Assembly (NCBI RefSeq): GCF_036321535.1
Contig: NC_087441.1
Coordinates: 32,674,001 to 32,738,000, forward strand
Origin: Camelus dromedarius
Lineage: Eukaryota
DNA: 64,000 bases
Direction of reading: 5' to 3'
Part shown: piece after piece, positions 1 to 13,400 of the stretch
Position numbering within the stretch: the stretch's first letter is position 1
Layout: each line of letters begins with the position of its first letter
The notes under the pieces: generated by a model
Databases searched by the model: none
The model's input: only the letters and a program-made list of their open reading frames with translations
What the model was told of the DNA's origin: nothing
Program-made: the position numbers and the translations under genes

Positions 1-1589
1 CTGTAACTGATCTGCTGAAAGTAAGGCTAGATAGATGGAACTACAATTCTGCTGAGAAGACCTTTGTTTGCGGTCTGCAGTAGCTGAGGGTCTGGCGACC
101 TGGAGTCCTGCAAAGGCGGGAAAGCCAAATTGTCAGCCCCAAACTAAAGTCAGTACAAAAAAAAGTAGGGGACTTCACTGTTCTGAGATGAGGATTTGTG
201 AGCTGATCTTCCTCTGACCCCTGTCAAATGCCTCAGTTATTCTTCCTGCCAGACACACATGATGTTGGTCCCACTAAACAGATGCAGCAAAAATAGTCCA
301 AGGCTCCTGAGAAGGGAATAAATAGTGCTTCCCTAATTCAGGCCACTAGGTGTTACCACCCTGAAGCAGAGACCCAGAGGGGAGCACTGCTCTTAAGGCT
401 AGAGAGATGATTACCAGCCCACCACTGAGAGACCAAATTCTACCTCCAACCAAAGACCATGGCTCTGCCAAGTCTACTGGTCTGGTTTCCAACCATTATG
501 TTTGGCCAATGAAAATAGAATGAAAGCCTGATAATTTCTAAATTTTTAAATGGAATTGCCGGGAAAAAGAAAAAAAAAAAACCCTGCTTTGTCAAACAAA
601 ATGGACTTGTAATTGCTCAACTCTCAAAGGAATCTCTCAGTCTCCATATCTATGCTGTTGGAAAACGGCCACTAACGAAGTCCAATTCCCAGAAGGTTCC
701 TCCTCCGCGTCGTCAGGACAGTGGACCAGAGTCAGCGGCTCTGAGCAGGGCCGGGGCTGCCCCAGGGCTGCCCAGGGACCTGTCCCACGGCCAGAGCAGG
801 CAGAACCGGCCCTTCCTGTTCAGCGAGCCCGGCTGAGTGCAGCAGACCTCTGGCTACCGCAGGCTCCTCCCCAGCGGGCCCCCACTTCAGCGCAATCAGG
901 GTGACTCTGAGTAGGCAGCTGGATGAACTCTTTCCCACCAGGAAGATGGGTGACTGTGGCTGTGGCTGCGGTGGTCTTCCTGTCACCACACAATGAGGGT
1001 CCAGAGCCACCCCGGCAACTCGCAGTAGGGTCTGAGTATGACGAGGGAAGCAGCCGAGAGATGTTGCATATGAACCCAGAAACCCTCTGTTCTTAATGTC
1101 ACGTCTACTCTTCCCACTTGCATGAAAAGGAATACTAATTGAGCAATGATGACTCATAAATAAATAAATGGCATTTACAAAGTTCTTCGTAAGGCTGAAT
1201 GCCAGAATCCACCTCTGAAGTTTCCATCCACTGGTTTGACTTCTCCCTCGTACCTCTGAGAACTCAGGTTTCTGCTCCCTGTGGCAGGCCTTTCAAGCTG
1301 TGAGACAGACCGCACATCCACCCTCACACCAACTTTTATTTCTCCTTCTTCTTCCGGCTAAACACCTACAGTCCCTTCCACTCCTCTTCACACAAGGTAC
1401 ACACGTGCCCCTGCCATGCTCACTGCGCTGCAGCCATCACGGTTCGGGGCCTGCTGTCTCGCACCCAGGCCTGGGCAGGCAGGCGGGGAACACAAGTGGC
1501 CTCCCCTCCCGGAGAGGCTGAGGGCTGGTATGGCGCACTGTCCAACATGGGACAGCCTATGAGTAAACACTGCTGGTGGCGTGGATGGA

Positions 1590-1707
1590 CAAGGAGAAAG
1601 GGGAGAAAGAAAGGAAGGAGAGAAAGAAGAAAGAGAAGACAAAATAAGGAAAGACAGACGAAAAGACGGGAGAAGGAAAGGGGAGGGAGAGAGAGGCTGA
1701 ACAGATC
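1590..1707 (+). repeat. GA-rich low-complexity tract
   Basis: Almost pure purine run (aaggagaaagggagaaagaaaggaaggag...). Confidence 0.8.
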
Positions 1708-1769
1708 AAGACATCCCCCAAGGAGCAACTTTTAAAAAGCATGTGTTTTGAAGCAGAATGGTAACTTCC

Positions 1770-2235
1770 TACAGAAAACACTGCTGGAACAACATTTTTG
1801 GAGGGCAGTTTGGAGTAATGATCGAAATTTTAACTGTACATAGGCTTTGATCACTGTTAGGAATTTATTCTACAGAAATCTTTGCACAAAAACACAAAGA
1901 TAAATATAAAACACAATTTGATGCAAAGAAAAGGGGAACAATCCTTGAAAGATGTCCACATACAGCATTAAGCTTCAAAAGAAAAAATGTGGGGAGCTAC
2001 AGAGCAGTAAGAGCCCAGTAACAGGGGTAGGGGAGAAAGCCGGATTATATATGCATGAGTATTTCCGAAAGGACAGGTATGATGCTATGACCCAGGTTAC
2101 CTTTGGGGAATAGAAACTGCCGAGGAGAAGGGGAGGAAAAAGGTCAGAAGACTTAAACATCATGTGTGATACACTCTTTTATACTGTTTGAATTTCTTAT
2201 CTTTACCACTTATTACTGTTTCAAATCATGAAAAA
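1770..2235 (+). mobile_element. Ancient L1 (L1ME-like) 3' fragment
   Basis: L1M-type motifs (tttggagggcagtttgg...gaatttattctacagaaat; tatactgtttgaatttctt) ending A-rich. Confidence 0.55.
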
Positions 2236-2669
2236 GAGGTGAGCCTCTGCAATTATTAAAAACTGCATTCTTTCTCCCTTACTCTTCTGTTTTTAGATTC
2301 CCTATGTTTTGTTTTAACAAGAAATAATGCTTCCGTGTGCAGCGCCCTTGGCCCGTCTGGATTATGAGCTTCTTGGCATCACAGGATGACACACTCACCC
2401 CGGGATGCTGCAGTCACAGAACGGCGGCTTCAGGAAATGCCCCGCGCAGGCCATGGCAGTGATGCAGAGAGCAGGGCCGGGGCTGTGAGGCCCGAGACTT
2501 TTTCTAATTCTGGCCTCATCTGACCCTTCAGCTGCAAACAACACTGCTGGCCAGATGTTGGCTGGCACCCCTGATGTTCCCCACTCCTCGTGTTGAGGGG
2601 CCGCCCCATCTCAATTCCCTTGGGTTTGTGTTCAGGAGGAAGGCCACCAGCGACGGGGAGGCGGTGCCG

Positions 2670-3070
2670 AGCTAGACACTGGAAAGATGAGACCAGAGAG
2701 GTTGGCAGAGGCGGAGACACACAGGCTTTGTACCAGAATAAGGAGTTTAGATTTTATTCAAGGCCTATGAAAAGCCACTGGAAGATTTAATGCAGAGGAT
2801 GAGATGATCTGATTTGTGTCTTAAAAGTGCTTCTCTGACTCGCACGTGAAGACTGGATTCTAAAGGGCAGGGGTGGAGGCGAGGACGCCAGCTGAAGGTG
2901 ATGGCGGCAATCCGGGAGAGAGGACGGGAACCAGGAGATGAGGTGGACAGATTCAGGTTACCTTCCATAGAAGTCGACAGGGTTTGCTAACGGATTAGGT
3001 GTGGGAAGTGAGGGAAAGAAGGTTAACACGGATCCTAGATTTTTGGCTGAAGTTAATGGGCAGCCGTGCT
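2670..3070 (-). mobile_element. L2 fragment
   Basis: Typical antisense-L2 text (ggagtttagattttattc...agccactggaagattt...atgatctgatttgtgtctt). Confidence 0.65.
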
Positions 3071-3259
3071 TACTGTGATGGGCAAGGTCAGGGATGGAAC
3101 AGGTCTCGGGCTTGTCTCCTCACGCTCTTCTCAGAAGACCCAGCCCGTGGCTTCCACTTTCACTCCCACACCGATGACTCGGCTTTACAACCAGGTCAGA
3201 GTTATGCTGTGAGCGTCTCCCCTGAGGATCCAACCCCCTACTCTACCTTTCTATGTGCT

Positions 3260-3740
3260 CTTCCCACAGACACACCAAACTCAAGACGACCAAACCTGAG
3301 CCTGACATTTGCCTCTCCAAATCCTGGCTTCCTGAGCTGTTTCCTATCTTACCATCACTCAGCTGTTTAAACCTGGACCCTCCATCTGGATCTCCACATC
3401 CCACCACTTCTACTTCCTACTGATCTTACCTGCTACCTTTAGACAAGCTGCTCACGCCCCTCACCTTTACCGACTTCAGACTTGGTTAGGCCTCCCTGCT
3501 CCAGCCTCTATGCTATTATCTACTCTATCTTTGGGGCACTTAGCAATAGTGCAACTGAATAATGACTATCGCAATTAGCTGTTTAATAGCTGGTCCTCTG
3601 TCAGAAAGTAAATTCCACGAGAAAAGGGACAATGCCTATCTTAGTTATCACTGTAGATTTGGTGCTTCACACAGTATCCAGGCTTCAACAGAAGCCAAAT
3701 ATATATCTGCTGAGTGAGTCAATGAATGAATGAATGAATA
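3260..3740 (+). mobile_element. L2 3' end
   Basis: Ends in the L2 terminal (TGAA)n repeat, aatgaatgaatgaat, at ~3722-3738. Confidence 0.65.
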
Positions 3741-6700
3741 ATTCCCTAACTAGCCACTAACTGACCCTTTCAAGACTCTAACAACCTAACTCATCTCTAC
3801 CATGAAGTTAGCTTAAGCAGTTTTTAAAGTATTTTCTAGCCCTAAATGTCTGCAAAAATAAAAAATTTAGTAAATAACAAACATAAACCATATGCAGATT
3901 GATTATTCAGAAAACAAGAATCTTCATTATTTTTTTTTGAAATATCTTAGAATTTTCTTACAGCTGCAGAGGACTAACCTTCCTGTGTCCACATGTATTT
4001 AATAAGCATTGTTTATATTTTTAAGTCAATTTAGCTGTATCCAGTGACTTCAGACATACAGATAGATGTTTCATGAGAGCTTGCTTTCCACGGTTAAAGC
4101 CAAACAGTTGTGTTTATTAAAAAATGAAGCACAAAAATAAGCCACCCACCATGTTTCTTTTAATACTCTCCCACTGGGTATCAAAGCACATCTTATTTTA
4201 AGAGATTCTTTATCAGTTCTTGATAATCTGCCTACCAAATGTTTTGGTATGCATTAGGATTTTTAAAAAGCATGAAAACTCTGCAGCTTAACACGCCAGT
4301 TTTTTTTTTTTTTAAAGGTCCATTATTATTTCTCAGAGGAACAATTTGTAGAACCAACAAAAAGGAAGGAAGAAACAGAGGGAAGGAGGTCTTAAGCAAG
4401 CAACCACTCTCTAATTTCTCTACAGGAAGAAGTGAGGGGCAGACAGAGCTCTGGAGGGGTTAGGAAGACTTGGGGACCTGCCTTAAAGCTGCATCTGCTA
4501 AGCAGACAGATTCTTCTTATTAGGAGTGCATGGTTATTTGGGGCAGCCTGCGGGGTGCTGATGGCAGTGGTGTTCGGGCGGTTACCAAAGCCCCCAGAGC
4601 ACCTCCTGCCCCCACCCTGACGGACACAACAGACCTGCCCTACTTATTCCTTCTAAGCATTTCAGCTGCCAGACAAGATGACTAAATGTTTTATGTGTCT
4701 GTGTGTGATCTTCACTATAAGCACGTTTGTCTTTCCTGGTTTCTGCTTTGTCCTTAATTTATCATTTTCTCCATGATGAAGTTAAACCATGAGAATCACT
4801 TACAATTTATGACCTCAGATTAACAAGTAACTACATTTCTAGGGCCAACAGTTTCACTCTATGGTAACACAGACTGGAGCAAAATTTTACCTTGAAAAAA
4901 TTAACTTGTTTCATTAAACACAGTTTCTGGAAGTTGGAAAACCATTTATATAAGATGCAAGAAAGAAAATTCTTCGGTGGCTCCAGAGAGAAACTGAAAT
5001 CAGTAACAGAACTATGGTGGGCAGAACAGGTGGCAGGGGAGAGAGAAGGCTCAGAGACCATGCCACATTGGGACACAATGAGATGTCACACAGGTGAGAG
5101 AGCTGGACAAGTCCGACTATGGAAAACAACAAAACCTGCTGAGAGATGAGAGCTGTCCTTCCTGAGTCCTGCCAAAGAACTTTCCACTCGTAGCAACACT
5201 TCCCCAGGAGGTAAACTTGGTGATGAGTTTCACCATAACTGGTTGTGGATTTTGAGTAGCCCATCAGTCAAAGCTGATTTTTAAAAAACTGTTAACTTTT
5301 GAGCATCTTGGTATGCTAGACCCTCATGGACCATAAGTGAAGGCTCTTAACTGACCAATGACAAATGGAACTAGTGAAAACCTACTGTTCATGGGCTATG
5401 GACTCAATCCTTTTCTCCAGAATGTAAACTTCAATCCTTCATTAGCAAAAGCAATGAATGAGTGTGTGATCTCTTGCCTGGCAAGTAATAAATTAATTTA
5501 GTGCTTGTTTTGTTGATCACTTTAATAGTTAAAAGAGAAAGAACAAAGTATTCGGGGATCCCTTCTGGGGTGGGGTGGTGGGCAAAAGCAACCAAAATTT
5601 GAGCTGGTTGGGTTAGTTAGGACAAAGTGGCAGAGAACCTCCTAAGAATTATCAGAATCACCAGTCAAGAGGAACCTGTCCAGACACATATTTCAGGGAT
5701 TGATCCACAATGAAAAAAAACCTGAAATGACTCCCTAGTGACTGTGAAGTTCTGGGTAGGAATCTTGTGGATTTGGGTCTTCAGTAATCTCTTTCCCTTG
5801 CCTTCCAGCTGAAGGCTGTGACTGTAAATCAAAAGGAAGATATGCAAGCATAGAGTAGACAGTGCAGAACAACTGACCCAAATGACATAAGGAAATCTTT
5901 CAGTGTCCCAGTCACATACTTTCATGTGACCAAACATCTGCACAGTCTTCCCTCTGTGTGAAGCTCCCTTTCTTTGCCCTCTCTTCAAGGCATCTGAAGA
6001 CAGCCCAATGTCACCTCCTCTGTGATGATGCCCAGGCTTTCTGGACAGTCACTTCTTCTGCCACATACTCATAGCACTTGGCAGGCACACTGGTTCCAGT
6101 ACTTATCCCATTGTTACTACTTTAGAAGCATCCTGTTATTACACCAGACTGTGCATTCCTAAAAAGGTCTGCTGAGGGAAAAAAAAACAGATAAATACGA
6201 CTTCAAGGTCAGAGTCTAAAAGGGAAATGGCTCAAGAGGCATATGTTCTTTCCAAACAAATTCTGCCAACTCCATCACAAACAAGCCTGTTGAAGAGGCA
6301 AAGCAGAAAGCATCTCCAGAAACAAATGCTTCGTGATGAACTCACCTTTTCAATGGGTACGTGTAAGGGAGGGATGGCCGAAAGGCACATAATGAAGCTC
6401 AAAGAAAAGCAAAAAGCAAATGACCTATAAGAACTACAACAGAAAGGTGAAGCTCAGAATAAAGAGAAGTTTGTATACAATGCAGAAAGTAACAAGGAAG
6501 TTTCAGGAATGTTGAGATGATGAAGAGGTAAGAAGCAACAGACCCACCGCCTACTGCACCCTGGATGAAGTTAACTTACAGCAGAGGAAGGAGATCTAGT
6601 TCAATCCTATTTTGCAGCTCTTCAAACAGACTAAGTGAAAAACTAAAAAGGATAGAGCATCATGGCTAAGAAGAAAATAGAATTCGGGACCAAGTCGCTA

Positions 6701-6949
6701 GCCCTGTAAGCAGCAGCTCCTTGAGCTGCAGAACCATTACCAACCATCTCTGAAGGATCACATGGAAAGATTAAACGTAGGGAAAAAAAATCCTGGTTTT
6801 CAAAAACAAACAAAAAACAAAACCCAGATTCTAGAAATGACACACTAAGCAGCTTGATACCAGCTCCTAGAAAAATAAACTGACAAATCATTTGTGATTA
6901 CCTGAAGATGAATTATTGGCGGCTAGATGCCACCATGCGTATGCTAAAA

Positions 6950-7945
6950 TGAGTGAATACAAACTAAAATAATTCTCTTTTTAATAGGGCTGCTAGGTTT
7001 GACCTATTGGTGAGCACATCACAGGAGGCAGTATATCAAGATCTCACTATGGCTCTTGAAAGTGTCTGTTGCTACCTTCTTAAAAGTAGGATAGAAATAG
7101 CTGAGCCAGAGAATTTGGACAAGTGAACTTAGAGCAAGTTGATTTCCAGCAAGTTGAAAGGCTTTAGAGATAATAATTTAATCTACTGATGGTACTAATC
7201 TGCCTTAACACAAAAAGCTCTCCGATTCAGCATTTTGATCAACCACCTGGATAAGGACAAAGAAGGCATGCTGTTCAGTTTGTATAATTCGACCCAAGCT
7301 AGGAAGGACAGCAAATGTGTTTGATGTTAAAAATCAGGCTTTAAAATTCCTGGAAAATTAGAATAATGAATGGAAAACAAATAAGATAAAATTAAAATTC
7401 CAATTATAATGAAAAACACATTTTTTCCCTCAGTGTGAATATGATTGTCAACAAACTAATGAAATAGGATGCTATATTAACAGAAATAAAGGGATCACAA
7501 GTAATATTCCTATAAATGCATTCGCCAGACCATACCAAGACGGTGAAGAATCTGAAAACTGTTTTGTTTTAGGTGCAGAGATTTAGAAACTTACGATATT
7601 CAGCCCGGAGAAAAGAAAGTTCAGGGAACCTGATGTTATCTTCAAATGTGCGAAATGATAATATAGAAAAGAGGGATTTATTTTGTGTGGATCCTAAGTA
7701 ACTGAAAATAACTAGAATTGTAAGAAGTTTCAACTAAAAATTAAAAAAAACAAAAAACTGTCTACTAAAAAGAGCTCTTCAAGCAAGAAACCAGTAGCCT
7801 TGGGAGTCCTTGGGACATTCCTACAGCTGGAAAAGCTCAAATCCAGGTTGGAAAAGGTCTATTTGTCAGATGTAGTGGAGTTTTTGGCCATGGTGTGGTA
7901 GCCCAGATGACCTCTGTCTTTCAGTTAAAAGATTATCTGTTTCTG
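6950..7945 (+). mobile_element. L3/CR1 LINE fragment (RT region to 3' end)
   Basis: cagcattttgatcaaccacctggataaggacaaagaaggcatgctgttcagttt resembles the CR1 RT motif FNIFINDLDEDIEGMLIKF; downstream CR1-like 3' text. Confidence 0.7.
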
Positions 7946-8829
7946 AAGTTAAACATGGTGTTTGCATTAAGATGAGGAGTGGCCAAAGAAAAATGAGATA
8001 TCAAGTTATTGACATTTATTTAAGAAAATGCTGTCTTCTCTTTCTAATCTCTAAGTCACTTCTTCCAGGCCCCCAGGGCACTGCCTAATTACTGTATTAC
8101 CTGGTGCCTCTAAGAGGACTGAATTTTTTCATATAATGTGCCTATAAAATTAAATTGCTGTGAAATAGTGCACTAAAAGAAAGTCATGGAGACACTCAGT
8201 AGATTTCTGACTATAGGAAAAGAAATTTACCAGCCGTTATCAGAGATGCACAGATTCTCCGTCGTACAGTATTACTTGAAAATGTAGGAAGATTTGCTAG
8301 TGCCTGGTTTTCTGTACTTAGAAGAGGACACACAACAGGCCCAACTAGCCATCCTCACCAGGCTGTCCATCGAGTCCCTATGCAGATGTTACCACTCACA
8401 ACATCAAGATTAGCATTTTTCGTTTAAAATAGACATGAACAATTGATGCTCACCTACAACAATAATTATATTAAAATACTAATATTTTAAAATCCGGTCA
8501 CTCAGTTTATTTTTAAAATTTATATCAGTTAAAAAAAAAAGTTAATACCATCAAGGTACTCTGATTCTAAGCTTGTACACCTGTTTCTTAAAATAATGCA
8601 TAGAAGTTCTACTCAGTAAACTTAAACGTTTAGGAATTCTCCAACTACCTGTGGACAAATACTAGAAAGAAGGCATATTCTAATGAATTTTTTTACTAAC
8701 TGTTAAGAAACTTTTTATGGGAAAATTTCTATAAAGTTTTCCATGAAGTTATTACAATTAAAATTTCTATTATGGAACAGATTTATTCTAATTATTTTTA
8801 CATTATACCTAGAGGGCACTCTGGAGATA

Positions 8830-9030
8830 GTAGCTAATAAAGGCTTTGGGGTTGGACACAAAAGGGAAGCAATCCTGGTTCCATTACTTGCTAGCTGTGT
8901 AACCTGGTAAGTTACTAAACCACTCTGAGCCTGTCAAAATGAGAAAAATACCACCATCTACCTCAGGGGTTGTTCTGAGAATTAAATGAGGTCATATCTG
9001 TAAAGCTCCCAGCACAGAGTGAGCAATCAG
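8830..9030 (+). mobile_element. MIR SINE
   Basis: MIR core: ttacttgctagctgtgtaacctggtaagttactaaaccactctgagcct...gaattaaatgag. Confidence 0.75.
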
Positions 9031-9219
9031 CACAGGAGAGGGCAGTGCCACCAATATACACGAGTAAAACTCTACCACATGTTATAGACGCTGGATGGAC
9101 AGGATACAGGCAGCCTGGTGTGGCTCATTTCATGCTTTATTGCCTTGCTAATGTCCTCATGAAGGGTCAGTCATCAAGCTGGCCTCCCTGAGGGACCTCC
9201 CCTTTGACAGTTCATCCCC

Positions 9220-10430
9220 ATTAGCTGACAGACATGCTCAAATCTTCCTTCTCCATCTTTAAAAACATACCCTTCCTTGACCTCTACATCTCCCTCCTGT
9301 TATGGCTCTAATTTTTGTCTTCCCTTTCTAGACAAGTTCCCAGAAGAACTGCCTAGACACTCTGTCTCCACTCCCTTATTTCCCATTTATATTAAACTGG
9401 CTTCTCCCATCACTGCACTGAAGCTACTTTTATTCAATCATCAGTGACCTCCAAGTAGCCATAATGGATACTTTTCAGGCCTCATCTTAATTTATCACTT
9501 ACTGCTTTCACAACTGCTGGTCATTCTCTCCTTCTTGAAATGCTTGCTCTGTTCTCCTGGCTACTGTGACTCCACTTCTGGATTTCATCCTAGTAGATCA
9601 CTAAATATTGGGTTTACCCCATTCTGTTCCCCATTCCTTAGTTCTGTTCTCTTTTCCCTGTACACACTGTCTCATTCCCATGGCTGGAGCCAACAACTCT
9701 TCAATTTCCATCTCAGCACAGACCACTCTGTTTCACACAGATTCACACACTCAATTGTATATTTAGTGGTTCCACAGGGATGTTTCATAGACATCTCAAA
9801 CTTAACACATCCAAACTTAAAGTCTTGAAATTCCCTCTCAAAACTATTACTTTTCTAGTTTTCCCATTTCACGTCATGGCACCCCCATCCATCTTATTGC
9901 TTAATCCATATTCCTAAACATCACCAACAAAGCCCTGCATGACCTGCCCAGCCTCATCTCCACCCTTCCTGTGCTAGCCTCCCTAAATGTACTCTGTTCC
10001 AGCCACACCGGCCTTCTTGCTGATTCAGGAACCTGCCAAGCTTTTTCCCACCTGAAGGATTTGGGTCTCAGTGTTTCGCCTGCTGAGAACAGTCCCCTCC
10101 CTTCGCCTTTCCCCAACACATAGATCATCTGGGAAACTCCTGTTCATACCCAGGATCAGGTTAAGCATCATTTCTCTCCAGAGTTCTTTCTTGAACACCA
10201 CTTTGGTCTAAAGTGGATCTTTCTCTTGCAATTCTCTCATAACACCCTGTTAATTCTCCTCATAACAAACACCAAAATTTCCACTGACACATGCATGTAT
10301 GTGTTTCTTTGTTTAACGTCCTTGTGAAAGGTAATCTCCACAAGAGCAAGACCCACATTTGTTGTGTTCAGTGCACAATCCTCTGGGCTTAACAGGTGCA
10401 GGCACAGACGGTCTGTTTGAGATTTAAGCA
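9220..10430 (+). mobile_element. L2 (L2a-like) long 3' fragment
   Basis: CT-rich L2 ORF2/3'UTR motifs (agacatctcaaacttaacacatccaaact; aaagccctgcatgacctgccc; ccagccacaccggccttcttgct). Confidence 0.75.
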
Positions 10431-12624
10431 ATGTGTACGTTTCTCCTCGTAACACAATAATATATTGCAAATCCAAGGATAAACATTGTGTGACTCTAAT
10501 AAAGTCTTATATTTGATTAAGTCAAAGAACCGGGAGTTCTCTTAAGTATCTACTTGTATCAGATAATATAAAAACCAAATTCAAAATTAGAGAAAGATTT
10601 TCCTATGCATTAAAAATAAATAAGAAGGTAAAGATTATATATATTAGGTTTATAACTCAACCAGTTTTATAATTGTAAGTGTTCAATGACCTGTTAAGAT
10701 AGTGCAAATTGCACATAAAGATGAAATATATGTGTGTTTATAACTAATTCTTAGATTTTAAAAATCCAGATCCTCTTATAAAAGAAAAATTGCTTGCATA
10801 TATGTAACATGCATGTATTACTCATTTTTACATTTAAAATGCATCTACTCTTATAAAAGAAAAAAAAAACTTGAAATCCTGATTATATAAGCTCAGAGTC
10901 GTGGTTTAAAAAATTAAATTTCTCTCATTATCTGGTGAAAGCAGTTGATTTCACAAAGTAAAAGGAAATACTCCCCCACTTAAAAAAAAAAAAGGTGGAG
11001 CCATTGAAATGGAGATGGCTCAGTCCCCAATGACCTCACCAGCATCTGCTTCAATTACCTTCTGAAAATGAAATAACCAAATTACTGTTCAGCTTTCTGC
11101 TGTGCTAACAAAGTTAATCTGAAATTCAAAATTCATCTGCTTTAAATTATATATAATGCAACTTCTAAACCAAAATCCCTTCTAGCTCTAAATTGTGAAG
11201 AATAAGCACCAAGGCTGTCATCATCAACAGTAACACATTGTCACATACACAAAAAATTTAATGGAATAATTAATGACTTAGCTCAAATCATTCATGACAG
11301 TAATTTGATTCAAATCATGCCACCTATTCAAAAGTGAGATCAATTAATTTTGAATCTTTTCTGCTTGATGCAACAGGTATGTTCTTGAACATGTATGTGC
11401 AAACTGTATTTTAAATGCCATAGAGTGATTTAGACACACAATTAGGTTTCATGGTTTTCTTTTTTTAAGGATAGAAAAGAATATTTTAAGCATGAAAAAC
11501 TGGCCTCTAATTTAACTGTTTCCTAAGTTCACATGATCATATTTTGGCCATCTCGTTTGTCAAGTATTACATAAATACATCAATAAATACCATTTTTAAA
11601 TTTTGACGTAATCCAGTCTTGTTCTCTGGTTCTCCTATATGTACTTCATGCTCTCTGTTCACAACTAAACAAATCTTGTCTCAAAACCACCCAGCCACAT
11701 TTCTCATTTCAGTCCATGACACATCCACCTCAAAGTCACCTTGGATTCTTCTTCAAGTGAAATTAGTTGCATGGTTTTAGTAACAGAACCATTAAGGAAA
11801 GCTCTCTTCTTAGCGCCCCCCACCTTCTGCCTCAGCAGCTGTTCGATCCTGTCTTGCTCTGGGGAAGAGACCCAGGAGGTCCCCCAATTCAACTAACACC
11901 TTCCTTCCTTGCCCCTCGGACCCGCAGATGCATGCTCTGTGGTGCTGACTCGTCTGTCTGTTTTACTTGGTGCTGAATCACATCTGTAAACCACAAGCCA
12001 CCCTACATCTTGCTCAGTCTCATTAAACCTGGCCCACTGTCCTTTTCAATACTGTTCCCATTTATGTGTGAGAAGCAAAAAGCTAAAACACGTAGGCAGG
12101 GCTGCTGCGTGTTCACTGTACAATATACCACAAAAGGAGAGCAAGAAAAAGGGGACATTAATGATTTTGTTTATGCAAACTTTATTTAAAATGGTAAATG
12201 AAGGAAGAGGGAAGTGAAAATTCATGAAAACAGGCCCTGTGGCTTAAGCAAGCACGAGGCCTTCACCTTTACAACAGAAGGAAACGTGGGAGAGTTTCAC
12301 CTGTTAGGGCCTCCAACTCTGAATCTAGAGAGGAAATAACAGGGGGATTCTTATTATAGACCCAAATACAGAGCAAGGTCAGGAAATTGCTGGCTTTTCT
12401 GTTGGTAATGTAGGGACTTACAAAGTTTCCCTGAGATTCCCTCGCTTGTTCCAAAGTTCCAAACAGTTCCTTTACACTGAAAATCAGACACTATCGGTTT
12501 AGTACGTAAACACATTTAAGTATTTTGTCATTTAGATCAGTGAGTCACACCTATCCTTGTATGGGTAACTGACAAGGTTCTACAAAATTCAATTCCATAT
12601 ACCTGAATGCAGAATACAACCTGA

Positions 12625-12800
12625 TGATTAGGAGCATGGACTGCGAGGCCAGGCGCACCCAGAGCGTGAGTCCTGGGTCTGCCACTTGATATGTGACGTT
12701 GGGCAAACTACATAACATCTATGATACGGCTTAGCATCTCTGTCTGTAATTAGGACGATAACAGGGTAATTATGAGATTACACAAGTACACAAATCAATC
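12625..12800 (+). mobile_element. MIR SINE
   Basis: gtcctgggtctgccacttgatatgtgacgttgggcaaact MIR core. Confidence 0.65.
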
Positions 12801-12849
12801 TCTGTTACAGAGTAAATGTTCAACCAACGCTAATTATCATTCACAGGGA

Positions 12850-13400
12850 ATGGCTGTTGGGTGCAGGGCATGGAGCTAAGACTCTGAGGAATATAAAAAT
12901 GAATTGAGAACTGATAATAAATAATAAAGGCAAATAAGGCAGAGATGAGAGTGCTACTGGGTGTATCCAAAGACAGACTGTGTCAAAGGCCCCAAGAAAA
13001 GGCATAAGGGAGCCTAGCAATGTCTTAGGTCCAGGGGCAAGGGGTGGGGGGCACAGCAAGTTGTGTGTGGGTGGTGGTGAAGGATTAAATGAAACAGCGT
13101 CAGGAGACAGTCACAAGACGCTCAAGGAGACAGCGTCACAACTGAAGATGGGTTTGCCAGAGTCATGGGTCTGACATCACTGTAGATAAAAAGAGGAAAG
13201 CAAAGAGCTGTTTTCTGTATAATGAAAGCAAAGTTCTGAGGGGGCAAAGAGTATAGAATATCAAAGTGGGAGATAAAGACAGACAGGTAGGAATGAACCA
13301 TATTGTGCAGAACCTCAAATTCCAGAGAAGCAGGGTGCAGAAGGGACATATGAAGTGTGCTGCAGGGAGACTAACCTGGGAGGATGTGTGGGAGGGTGTG
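12850..13400 (-). mobile_element. L2 fragment
   Basis: Purine-rich antisense-L2 character; diverged. Confidence 0.5.

Noticed and set aside
2670-3740. Oppositely oriented L2 fragments as a potential dsRNA
   Set aside because: Highly diverged, and I could not see extended complementarity between them.
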